Position numbers and translations under genes: made by a program
Shown here: piece by piece, positions 1 to 12,637 of the stretch
How the letters are laid out: every line of letters begins with the position of its first letter
How positions within the stretch are numbered: the stretch's first letter is position 1
Assembly: GCA_964016885.1 (NCBI GenBank)
Contig: OZ024741.1
Coordinates: forward strand, 345,650,001-345,714,000
Source: Eledone cirrhosa
Lineage: Eukaryota
Direction: 5' to 3'
Length of the DNA stretch: 64,000 nucleotides
The notes under the pieces: model-generated
What the model saw: only the letters and a program-made list of their open reading frames with translations
What the model was told of the DNA's origin: nothing
Databases searched by the model: none

Positions 1-186
1 TAGTACAGTACAGTATTACTGTTGAAAATATATAGTGTAGTACAGTATTACTGTTGAAAATATATAGTATAGTATAGTATTACTGTTGAAAATATGTAGT
101 ATAGTATTACTGTTGAAAATATATAGTACAGTAATACTGTTGAAAATATATAGTATAGTATAGTATTACCGTTGAAAATATATAGT
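1..186. repeat. ~22-27 bp minisatellite (TAGTATAGTATTACTGTTGAAAATATA), internal to a Helitron-like element
   Basis: Directly visible tandem units; same unit at 1920-2095 and 2365-2445, reverse complement at 5810-6300. Confidence 0.9.
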
Positions 187-819
187 AATAGCTGGCCCGT
201 CCGGCTGGCGTCTGGCTCGGTATACCGGCATTTTATCTTTTCAGGACCCCCCCCCCCCCCTCATTCCAGTGTAAAGATACCGCACGCCCTCTCAAGTTAG
301 CGAGGGTGCGGTGGAGGGGGGTGTCAACATGCTCTGATGTTGGGTTTGAATAGATTTTAGGATTCCCCAGTTCAACAGCCAGTACGTTAAAGAAAATACA
401 TAAATTACATTGTTAGAGCCTCAGAATATACAATATTTTTTGTTCGGCACTCGGGAGCAAAGATGAAGAAATTGTTTGGCGAGGTAACCCTAGAGTATCC
501 TACATACAATTGACCATGGGAGAAGCATGGTTTTCCCAGATGAAAGCCAGCCACTTTTAGGGTTTGACCCAGCTTTGTTGATGGTAATCGCGAAGCTTAG
601 TCTCTCTGTTGCTCTAGTAGCATTTTTTTCTTCTAGAAAATCTGAACTTGCGGCCAGGCTGGGACTTTTTGGGTGGCATATCGGCAGTAACAATGACGAT
701 AATCCGTCTGTGCTTTCGTGAAATAAATACGTTTGTTTATATTTTGTTTTTGTGTATGCAAAAATATCTGTACACGAATATATAATTATATATATACATA
801 TATTAAAATAACACATTAA

Positions 820-870
820 AGTTTAAGCAAAAAATCGCTGCTTTCTCCCTTAACGGGATCTTCTGAAACT
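820..870 (-). ncRNA. Hammerhead-like motif (CAGAAGA core variant) in a PLE pseudo-LTR fragment
   Basis: AGTTT-CAGAAGA-TCCC/GGGA-GAA-AGCA...TGCT-T-AAACT; further copies at 5136-5186 (+), 12910-12960 (-) and 46373-46423 (-). Confidence 0.5.
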
Positions 871-1076
871 AAAAAAATGAATCTGTCAACGCAGAAGTAA
901 ATATTTCGAAAAACGTTGCAACCAAATGAAAACAGGAAGAGGATACTTTGGTTCGTGAAGACGTTCCCTGGCAATGAACGGAAAAAAGCTAAGATAATAC
1001 GTCAGCAATGAGAACAATATTTGCTCTAGGGTTCTTATATATTTGATATATATTTATCCTTATCGAGCCCTCTTTG

Positions 1077-1580
<504 letters not shown>

Positions 1581-3349
1581 ATTGAGAGGGCGTGCGGTAT
1601 CTTTGCACTGAATTAATTAAAAGTTTGTTAGAAGCGAAGTTAATGCAGACAGGCAGCCAGGCAGACAGATATTATAAGCGTGCGACGTTATAGCTATGTA
1701 TCTAATGCAGACAGCCAGACGGACGGAGACATACGATAAGGGCGCGACGTTATAGCTATGTATCTATCTAAAAAGACAGACTAAGAAAGAGAGAGGAATG
1801 TCGTTATACCGGAAGTGTTGACATTTGAAAATTTTTAGAGAATTGAATATTTAAATAAACGATAAAATATCTTTAATCTTTTAACGAAATTTAGAAGACA
1901 AAAATACCCTCACTCTATATATAGTATAGTATTTCTGCTGAAAATATATAGTATAGTATTACTGTTGAAATTATATAGTATAGAATAGTATTACTCTTGA
2001 AAATATATAGTATAGTATAGTATGACTGTTGAATACACATAGTATAGTATTACTGTTGAAAATATATAGTACATTATTACTGTTGAAAATATGTACACGA
2101 ATATATATATATATATATATAATTAATTAAAAGTTGGTTAGAAGCGAAGTCAATGCAGACAGGCAGCCAGACAGAGAGATATTATAAGGGCGTAACGTTA
2201 TAGCTATGTATCTATCTAAAAAGACAGACTAAGAAAGAGAGAGGAATGTCGTATAACCGGAAGTGTTGACATTTGAAAATTTTAAAGAAACGATAAAATA
2301 TACGATAAAATATCTTTAATATTTTAACGAAATTTAGAATACAAAAATACCCTCACTCTATATATAGTATAGTATTTCTGCTGAAAATATATAGTATAGT
2401 ATTACTGTTGAAAATTTATAGTACATTATTACTGTTGAAAATATGTACACGAATATATATATATAATTAAAAGTTGGTGAGAAGCGAAGTCAATGCAGAC
2501 AGGCAGCCAGACAGAGAGATATTATAAGGGCGTGACGTTATAGCTATGTATCTATCTAAAAAGACAGACGAAGAAAGAGAGAGGAATGTCGTATTATATA
2601 TATTATCTATATTATGAAGCTGACGGCCGTATGTATCTAACACATTTTATCCCCAAACGGGTGGACGAAAGAGCACCAATTTGCACCATAGATGTAACTT
2701 TTTCCAAGTAAGAAAGTGAGGTTATTTTTGTCTACTAAATTTAGTTAAAAGATTAAAGATATTTTATTGTTTATTTAATATTCACTTCTTGAAAATATTC
2801 AGATGTCAACACTTCCGGTTAGCGATCTCTCTCTTTCTTACTCTGTCTTTTTAGATAGGTGTATAGCTATATCGTAGCCCCCTTATAATACCTGTCTGTA
2901 TGTCTGGCTTTCTGCATTACGAAAATCATACTGTACATTGGCTTCGCTATCTGTGTTTGTGTGTATATGTATATATAGTGTGTGTATATATATATATATA
3001 GTGTATATATATATATATATATAGTGTTAGTATCATAAATAAGAGACAGTTTTTTGTACATTCTATTACACCATTCCTTGATACGTATATATACATACAT
3101 AAACATGTTATTTAAAGTTGTATAAAAAAGAAGTATAATTGTTTCTACTTTTGGCTCAAGGCCAGCAATTATCTCAGTACATTACTGGTACTTTATTATA
3201 TATAATATATATAATACGACATTCCTCTCTCTTTCTTAGTCTGTCTTTTTAGATAGATACATAGCTATAACGTCACCCCCTATAATATCTCTCTGTCTGG
3301 CTGCCTGCCTTCATTGACTTCGCTTCTAACTAGCTTTTAATTAATTAAT

Positions 3350-3457
<108 letters not shown>

Positions 3458-4086
3458 CGAAACATAAGTCAATTGCATGAACTCATGTATCCTTTATTTA
3501 CTACTATATATATTTCGATGATAGCCATTGAATGGCTATGACCTCAGCAGGCAGTTAGTCAGTTCTTAGATATGCCAGCTCTGTGTTTATAGTGTTGATG
3601 GTATCAGAGCCTTGGGACATATAGTATTACTGTTGAAAATGTGTACACGAATATATCATTTTATATATATATATAATTATATATATATTCGTGTACACAT
3701 TTTCAACAGTAATACTATATATTTTCAGCAGAAATACTATACTATATATAGAGTGAGGGTATTTTTGTCTTCTAAATTCCGTTAAAAGATTAAAGATATT
3801 TTATCATTTATTTAAATATTCACTTCTTTAAAATTTTCAAATGTCAACACTTCCGGTTATACGGCATTCCTCTCTCATTCTTAGTCTGTCTTTTTAGATA
3901 GATACACAGCTATAACTTCGCGCCCTTATAATATGTCTCTGTATGTCTGACTGTCTGCATTAGATGCATAGCTATAAGATTGCACGTTTATAATATCTGT
4001 CTTTCTGGCTGCCTGTCTGCATTGGCTTCGCTTCTAACCAAGTTTTAATTAATTCAATTCAAATATACCGCACGCCGTCTCAATAA

Positions 4087-4089
<3 letters not shown>

Positions 4090-4139
<50 letters not shown>

Positions 4140-4192
4140 TATATATATATAAATATATATATAAATATATATATATATAAATATATAAATAT

Positions 4193-4279
<87 letters not shown>

Positions 4280-4296
4280 AGTATATATATATAAAT

Positions 4297-4329
<33 letters not shown>

Positions 4330-4344
4330 AATATAAATATATAT

Positions 4345-4441
<97 letters not shown>

Positions 4442-4452
4442 AATATATATAT
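4090..4452. repeat. (TA)n/(TAAA) microsatellite
   Basis: Direct inspection. Confidence 0.97.
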
Positions 4453-4609
4453 ATTGTTATACTTTGGGAGGGTCATGTTGCCAATAAGAAACACACGCAC
4501 CAGTTGCTTTCACTTCAATTTAATTTATTAAATATTTATAAATTTACAAATTTATAAATTTCTGGTTGGTTGGTTGGTTCCACAACCAGATAGTTGTTTA
4601 TATATATAT

Positions 4610-4654
4610 AGTCATAGTTCTTTCGTCACACACTCTGTGACCTCTTCAGTGACT
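4610..4654 (-). ncRNA. Minimal type I hammerhead ribozyme in a PLE pseudo-LTR
   Basis: AGTCA-CTGAAGA-G-GTCACA gagtg TGTGAC-GAAA gaac TA-TGACT: 5-bp stem I, 6-bp stem II, intact core. Confidence 0.75.
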
Positions 4655-4716
4655 GGGGATTTCTTTCTTCGTTTCTGTGCCTTTCCTTTCTTCTATCCTA
4701 TATATAATTAGTAATA

Positions 4717-4852
4717 ATTGTTTCTACTTTAGGCACAAGGCCAGCAATTACCCAGTGCATTACTGGTACTTTATTTTATCGACCCCGTAAGGATGAAAGG
4801 CAAAGTCAACCTCGGCGGGATTTGAACTCAGATCGTAAAGGGACGTAACTAT
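4717..4852 (-). mobile_element. tRNA-derived SINE (octopus OR-type / Nin-domain-like)
   Basis: Box B GAGTTCAAATCC followed by GCCTTTCATCCTTACGGGGTCGATAAA on the minus strand; many copies in the window. Confidence 0.8.
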
Positions 4853-5809
4853 GCTATATATAATTAGTAATAATAATAATTAGTAATAATAATATTTATT
4901 AATAATAATAAATGTGAAGACTAAAATCCAAAGAGGGCTCGATAAGGATAAATATATATCAAATATATAAGAACCCTAGAGTAAATATTGTTCTCATTGC
5001 TGACGTATTATCTTAGCTTTTTTACGTTCATTGCCAGGGAACGTCTTCACGAACCAAAGTATCGTCTTCCTGTTTTCATTCTGTTGCAATGTTTTTCGAA
5101 ATATTTACTTCTGCGTTCACAGATTCATTTTTTTTAGTTTCAGATGATCCCGTTAAGGGTGAAAGCAGCGATCTTTTGCTTAAACTTTAATGTGTTATTT
5201 TAATATATGTATATATATAATTATATATTCGTGTACAGATATTTTTGCATACACAAAAACAAAATATAAACAAACGTATTTATTTCACGAAAGCACAGAC
5301 GACTTATCGTCATTGTTACTGCCGATATGCCACCCAAAAAGTCCCAGCCTGATCGCAAGATCAGATTTTCCAGAAGAAAAAAATGCTACTAGAGCAACAG
5401 AGAGACTAAGCTTCGCGATTACCATCAACAAAGCTGGGTTAAACCCTAAAAGTGGCTGGCTTTCATCTGGGAAAACCATGCTTCTCCCATGGTCAATTGT
5501 ATGTAGGATGCTCTAGGGTTACCTCGTCAAACAATCTCTTCATCTTTGCTACTGAGTGCCGAACAAAAAATATTGTATATTCTGAGGCTCTAACAATGTA
5601 ATTTATGTATTTTCTTTAACGTACTGGCTGCTGAACTGGGGAATCCTAAAATCTATTCAAACCCAAATCAGAGCACGTTAACTCCCCCACCCCCACTGAT
5701 TTAAGAGGGCGTGCGGTATCTTTGCACTGGAGTGGTGGGGGAATCCTGAAAAGGTTAAATACCGGTATACCTAGCCGTGCACCAGCCGGACGGGCCAGCT
5801 ATTACAATA

Positions 5810-6300
5810 TATTTTCAACGGTAATACTATACTAGACTATATATTTTCAACAGTATTACTGTACTATATATTTTCAACAGTAATACTGTACTACACTATA
5901 TATTTTCAACAGTACTACTGTACTGTACTATATATTTTCAACAGTAATACTGTACTATATATTTTCAACAGTAATACTATACTATATATTTTCAACAGTA
6001 ATACTATACCATATATTTTCGACAGTAATACTATACTATATGTTTTCAACAGTAATACTGTACTATATATTTTCCACAGCAATACTGTACTATATATTTT
6101 CAACATTGATACTATACTATATATTTTCAGCAATAATACTGTTCTATATATTTTCAACATTAAACTATACTGCACTTTATATGTTCAACAGTAATACTAT
6201 ACTATATATTTTCAACAGTAATATTATACTATGCTATATGTTTTCAACAGTAATACTGTACCCTACTATTCTATATATTTTCGACAGAAATACTATACTA
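5810..6300. repeat. ~27-bp minisatellite array (TATATTTTCAACAGTAATACTATACTA)
   Basis: Roughly 18 tandem units visible; gives the periodic LLLKIYS peptide of ORF 5915-6175. Confidence 0.92.
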
Positions 6301-6429
6301 TACAGACGGCGTATCGTCTGTTTATCCAAGCGAAGCTAGGTACCTCAGCTATATATATATATATATATATATGGATGCCGTAGAACATATCAATGGTAGC
6401 CGGGCGCCAGCCGGACGGGCCAGCTAGTA

Positions 6430-6617
6430 TATAATACAGTAGCAGTAATTCACTGAGATAATTGCTGGTCTTGAGCCAAAAGTAGAAACAATTATACTTC
6501 TTTTTTATACAACTGTAAATAACATGTTTATGTATGTTTATATACGTATACATACGTATAAAGGAATGCTGTAATAAAATGTACAAATTAAACTGTCTCT
6601 TATTTATGATACTAACA

Positions 6618-6678
<61 letters not shown>

Positions 6679-7075
6679 ATATATATATATACACACACAC
6701 TATATATACATATACGCGCACACACACAGATAGCGAAGCCAATGTACAGAATGGTTTTTGTAATGCAGAAAGCCAGACATACAGACAGATATTATAAGGG
6801 CGCGACGTCATAGCTATGTATCTATCTAAAAAGACAGAGAAAGAAAGAGAGAGATCGCTAACCGGAAGTGTTGACATCTGAAAATTTTAAAGAAGTGAAT
6901 ATTTAAATAAACAATAAAATATCTTTAATCTTTTAACTAAATTCAGTAGACAACAATACATTCACTTTCTTACTTGGAAAGAGTTACATCTATGGTGCAA
7001 ATTTGGTGCTGTTTGGTCCAGCCGTTTGGCGAAAAGTTTGTTATATACATACGGCCGTCAGCTTTATAATATAGA
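6430..7075 (-). mobile_element. 5' portion of a third Helitron-like copy
   Basis: Reverse complement of 2606-3200; begins TCTATATTATAAAGCTGACGGCC at 7075. Confidence 0.6.
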
Positions 7076-7239
7076 TAAAGAGTCTTTTGGGCAGTGGCGT
7101 CCAATAGGCCGGCAAACACGGTATATTGTTTTTAATAATTTAGCGTTGAAAAACATATATATTGCTACGAAAAAAGCCATTAAAATATCACGTAAAATAT
7201 TTACGATTCCGCGAATATGTGGTAGTTTCCATGAGCAAT

Positions 7240-7315
7240 TATTAGTTAGGTTCTAAGGGAAATCCCGCGAATAATCGGGACCGCGAATTTTGGGACCGCA
7301 AATGCTGGCGGTTCA

Positions 7316-7318
<3 letters not shown>
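7240..7318 (-). mobile_element. Possible Tc1/pogo (Tigger-like) terminal fragment
   Basis: TA-CAGTGAACCGCC...TTCGCGG terminus abutting (TA)n; no partner TIR found. Confidence 0.35.
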
Positions 7319-7381
<63 letters not shown>

Positions 7382-7661
7382 ATGAAGTATAAGTTAACAG
7401 TTAACAGGCTAAAATTAACCTCGTTTACTCATAGTTGCTGCTGTATATATTTCGGTGGTATCCATTATACAACAGCTATAATCTCATCAAACAACTAGAA
7501 TTTGAACAGAACATAAAGATAAACAAAATATAAATATGAGCGAACACATGCTAGAATATATATATATATATATATATACTCACGCACCTATTAGTTTTCC
7601 CTTCAATCTGTTATAAATTTCCGGTTGGTTAGTTCAATAACCGGATGGTTGTTTATATATT

Positions 7662-7704
7662 GTCAAAACTCTTTCGTCCCACATTCTGTGACCTCATCAG
7701 TGAC
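7662..7704 (-). ncRNA. Hammerhead ribozyme motif, same family as 4610-4654
   Basis: GTCA-CTGATGA-GGTCACAgaaTGTGGGAC-GAAA gagt TT-TGAC. Confidence 0.6.
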
Positions 7705-7721
7705 TGATTTCCTATTTTCGG

Positions 7722-7816
7722 TCTCTGCTTACTCCTGTGCTATGACCTCATCAGACAACTAGAATTTGAACAGGAAAATACAGATAAACATAAACATGAA
7801 CCAATAATACTCGAAT

Positions 7817-7849
<33 letters not shown>

Positions 7850-8086
7850 AATAAATATATGATAAGCACTAATACAAGTATATAAGTGTTTGTATTGCAA
7901 ATGACCAAGTTAGCTAGACTGAAAAATACTAATTTTTCAATCTAGCTAACTTGGTCATTTGCAATACAAACACTTATATACTTGTATTAGTGCTTATCAT
8001 ATATTCATTTGTATTTCACGGCTCAGAAATATTTCTTTGAGCTATTTAATTGTAAAAAACTGTTTGAGTTTATAACTCTATATATA

Positions 8087-8140
<54 letters not shown>

Positions 8141-8237
8141 ATTCGAGTATTATTGGTTCATGTTTATGTTTATCTGTATTTTCCTGTTCATATTCTAGTT
8201 GTCTGATGAGGTCATAGGACAGGAGGAAGCAGAGACC
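7722..8237. repeat. Nested inverted repeats: outer arms 7722-7845/8095-8237 and inner near-perfect hairpin 7846-8013
   Basis: The inner arms pair around a 4-nt loop (TGAAAAAT-ACTA-ATTTTTCA); the outer arms contain CTGATGAGGTC pseudo-LTR sequence. Confidence 0.9.
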
Positions 8238-8454
8238 TCTAAACAGAGGCCTCTAAGCAGGAGGAAGCAGAGACCTCTAAACAGAGACCTCTAAGCAGAG
8301 ACCTCTAAGCAGAGACCTCTAAACTCTCAATTTTGACCAACAAAGTGGACCAGATACACATCTATAAAAAAGATCCCACGAAGGAACAGAAAATACCCAA
8401 GAGACGAATATTACTCCAGCATTAACTAAACTAATCGAAACCATTGAAACAGCA

Positions 8455-9442
8455 ATGCTTCAAAAGCTGGAACAACCATTAGAACCCAATCTACGAGATG
8501 TCCATTCAGTGAAAAACACCCTAATCAATATATGGACTCAAAAGCTCACAGCCCGCACATTCGCCTTTAGGAATCCCCTAAAAAATAATGGCAAGGCAGA
8601 CATATATGAAAAGTGGCTAAACTCTACCCCATTCATCCTCCCCAAAAAACTCCAAATAAAACCCATCCCGAATGAACCAGAAAACCAACAAAGACTTAGG
8701 GAAAAGATGGCGTTAGAAAACTTTAAAATAGAAATAGAACTGTTGCGATTAAGAGCCAACTCCAACGAAAAAAAATTCAAGTCACTCGACCAACAGATGG
8801 ACACAGAAATCTCAAGGCACTCTGAAGGCCTACTCTATGAAAAACCTTAAAACTTTGGAAAGAAAACTGTGAGGATGAAGAACTAACATCCCCCCAGCGA
8901 TGGGAAAAAAAACACCTGGTTCAACAACTACGAAATGGATTTCAAAATGAACAACATACAGGTAACCCATTTTTAAAACAAACTAAAAATCACACACCAC
9001 AGGCACAACAAATAACAAAGAAAGTAACAAAACGTCCAACATACCCCCAGCAAAACTATAACGATAATCCCAGAACCCATAGACAAAGCTATAACCCTAC
9101 TAACAAAAACCGAAGATCCCCCAACACAAGACAGGACCCGATCCGCAGATCACAACCCACACAAAACCTATTCCAAAACCGTAGACCCCTGCCCACACAG
9201 AGCCTGTTCCAAACTCGTAGATCCCAACCCCCACACAAAGGAACAGCATCTACAACCCGGACTATCAACAAACCGAACCTCAATACGTCCGAAACTTCTA
9301 TACAAGACCACACAACAGGGGAAATGCCATTAGATATAATAATACCATTGAAAAAACATTCCAGAAAAATCATTTTTTAGACCAAGGCTACAGGACCCAT
9401 GACACCCGGTGGCACAAACCGATTTTGAAAAACCGAAAATAA
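8455..9442 (+). pseudogene. PLE upstream ORF1 (helical/coiled-coil-like region plus low-complexity tail), frameshifted
   Basis: NEKKFKSLDQQMDTEISRHSEG...LWKENCEDEEL..QRWEK aligns by eye with NEEKIKTIDEEILLEINNKTEG...LWKGDCNREEL..QRWEK of ORF 45402-46295; ends NHFLD...KNRK*. Confidence 0.75.
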
Positions 9443-11659
9443 TCAACCTTTCAAATACAAACCTCTCAGCCCAACAAGTAAAAATTCTCTCCAAAGGACT
9501 GAAATTCACACCAACACCACAACACTCTAACCTCAATGAGATAAATGACGATATCTCACACTTCTGTCTCACAGAGGAATTCTTTGACAAGGAGAATAAC
9601 GACCAATCAATTGTACGGAATAAAAGCAGCTACAACCCAACAAAAGGTAGAAACAGAGTTCTGGACACATTTTGTGACCGCATAGCTACTTTCCCATACC
9701 ATGAACTACCGCAACCTAAACCCAAACCCCACACGAGTCGAAGGGAATGGGAGATTATCCATGAACTAAAAAACAATACGGACATTATAATTAAGGAAGC
9801 GGACAAGGGAAGTACTGTTGTCATTATGGATGCTGAAAAATATAAAAATTCTATGTTCTCTCTCTTACAAAATACTAATTACTATGAAAGAGTAAAAAAC
9901 TACCAGCAATCAAAAACAATGACCAGATTAAACACACTGATTTGTCGATACCAGGAAGACTTAACTAAAAAGGAACGCGATTATTTAACACATTTTGAAT
10001 ACAAAACCAGCAACCTTTACGGACTTCCGAAGATCCACAAGTGTAAAATAATTAACGATGCCTGTAAACAATCCACCTCAGCCTGCGTGAACACACAATA
10101 CCCCACATACCTTAAATTAAGACACATTGTAGCAGGCCCACAATGCGAAACACATAGACTGAGCAACTTTATAGACATACTACTAAAACCAATTCTCAAA
10201 CACATACCAAGCCTTGTAAGAGACGATCTGAACCTCTCCCTCCCAAACATGTCAACAACGACACTATTATTGTGTCTTTCGATGTAGTGAATCTCTACAC
10301 AACGATCCCACACCAATACGGACTAGAAGCAATAGGATTCTGGCTAGAGAAATATCCCAATGAGATACCTGGCAGAATAGAAAAAAGCTTCATCACCGAG
10401 GGATTATAATTTATCTTACAGAACAACTTTTTTGATTTCGATGGTAGTACTTATAAGCAAATATCGGGACTGCGATGGGTACAAAAGCTGCTCCAACTTA
10501 TGCCATCTTAGACATGTCATAATTAGAAGTCCAGATATATGAACAGTCCAAATCAAAATACGGATTGAACTTCCATAAATATTTATCAGGGAATTGGAAA
10601 CGCTACTTGGATGATTGTCTCATTCTTTGGTCCCACACACTCGACCAACTAAATGATTTCAAAAATTTAATTAACGGCATCAATAACCACATCCAATTCA
10701 CAATGGAATATCGCCAAGATCAACTCCCATTTCTGGACATCTTAATCTTAAAAAAAGACACTAATATTGTAACTGACATACACTACAAACCAACAGATTC
10801 CAAACAATACCTGCTATTCACCTCCAACCATCCAAAGCACACGAAGACGAACATTCCTTTTAACCTAGCAAGGAGAATTTGCACAATTGTCTCCAATTAT
10901 GAAACGCGAAATAAAAGCCTTCAAGAATTAAAGGAAATTCTACCCGAAAGAGAGTACCCACCATTACTAATAAATAATGGAATAGAAAGGGCTAAAGCAA
11001 TAGGCATTGATGAATTACGAAAACAGAAACAAATTCAAGGCACGTCCAATATTCTATCATATATCCCAACACACAACCCAAGAAATGCGGAAGCTTACAA
11101 CACTATTCACAAGAACATCCCACTACTGAAACAAGACCCATGAATGAAAAAAGCCCTTGAAACACACAAAATAATCAAAAACGAAAGACAACCGAAATCA
11201 CTGAAAAAATTACTCACCAATGCCATATTACCTACCACAAACCCACAACCAACTGTCAAAAAATGTGGTCGCTCTAATTGTGGAACTTGCACTCACTTCA
11301 TTGAAGGCAACACGTATACATTTAAATCAGGACAAAATTTTGCTGTAAAAAATCGCTTCACTTGCTCATCAAAAAATCTAATTTATGCCATTAAATGTAA
11401 AGGATGCAATGAAGATTATATAGGACAAACTAAACTCACACTTAGAAACAGAATGACAGTTCATCGCCAACAATTACGAGATCCAACCACGAGACAGATA
11501 CCACCAAGCGCACATCTAGACATATGCGCAAGTAATAAGACACCCAAATTCCAAGTCTTCCCATTTTACCTTTGCGCTGACAATACAACAGAACAAATAC
11601 GAATAAATAAGGAAAATATGTTTATTCAAAAATATAGACCAGCATTAAATATGGTTTAA
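9373..11659 (+). pseudogene. PLE RT-GIY-YIG polyprotein, disrupted
   Basis: ORFs 9409-10287, 10565-11143 and 11144-11659 are collinear with the intact frame at 43117-45441. Confidence 0.92.
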
Positions 11660-12637
11660 TATACATTATGTCAACACCATAACATGCTAACCATCCAAAC
11701 AGACACATAACACCTTCTACTTTAGAAAATAAAAACCCGAACTAAATAAACCTTAACATACGTTTGCGCTGACAATACAACAGAACAAATACGAATAAGT
11801 AAGGAAAATATGTTCATGAAAAAATATTCCTACTAACGGAATCATTTTCCTACACACACACACACACAATATATATTCTCTTCAGCTTAACATGCTAACC
11901 ATACTCCCGCACACACATAATACCCACACACACAACTCCCTCCCCCATTTCCACTAATAGAATCACTTTCCTACACACATATACACACACACAAAATATA
12001 TATATTCTCTCCATCTTAACATACTCCCCCCCACACACATAACACCCATATACAGACAACTCCCTCCCCCATTTCTACTAATAGAATCATCTCCCTATAC
12101 ACACACACACACAAGCACACACATAAACATACATATCTTTATTTTCTTTATTTCAATAGAAAATCTGAATTCTGACACCCCAGCGAACTAACCATATTCA
12201 CTGAACCAGAACAATTCTCCCATCCCATTTCTCTTGACCATTATCTTTGGTTTGTCATAAAATTCTCTAAAAGGCTACAAAATAAATTCCCAAATACGGG
12301 CGCGAAATTTAATGAACTTGTTCACGTGACAGCCATAATTTCATTTATAACCAATCAAATTACATTTATAAAAAAAAGCCTTCGTCAGCCCCCTATTTTA
12401 AAGTAAAAAGAAATTCAAGCACTCATATATGAAAAAACAACCTGAGCCCCCCCCCCCCCCTGTTTGAAGAACTTTGTAACGCGAACTAGCGCGAAATTCA
12501 TTATACTTATTGACCAACCAATCAAATTACTTCTCTAAAAACCTGGCGTTTCGAGCCACTTTTTTCCATATAAAACAAGTTACATTCAAAGACCAACCAG
12601 ATGTGAGAAAAACCACAGGCCCTCCATCTCAACTGTA

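Noticed and set aside
490-816. Duplicated 108-aa ORF (also 5190-5516) as a possible gene
   Set aside because: No recognisable domain, starts in TA-rich sequence, and the duplication is explained by the inverted repeat.
5810-6300. Regular ~27-bp repeats as a CRISPR array
   Set aside because: No unique spacers, no cas genes, eukaryotic context; plain minisatellite.
7714-7760. Second hammerhead (CTGATGA-GGTC...GACC-GAAA) in tandem with 7662-7704
   Set aside because: No NUH or stem I closure; appears to be a chance junction of two pseudo-LTR families.
11141-11143. In-frame TGA in the PLE as possible selenocysteine (as in some Naiad PLEs)
   Set aside because: Aligns to Arg (KDHRM) in the intact relative, not Cys; best explained by CGA>TGA decay; no SECIS recognised.
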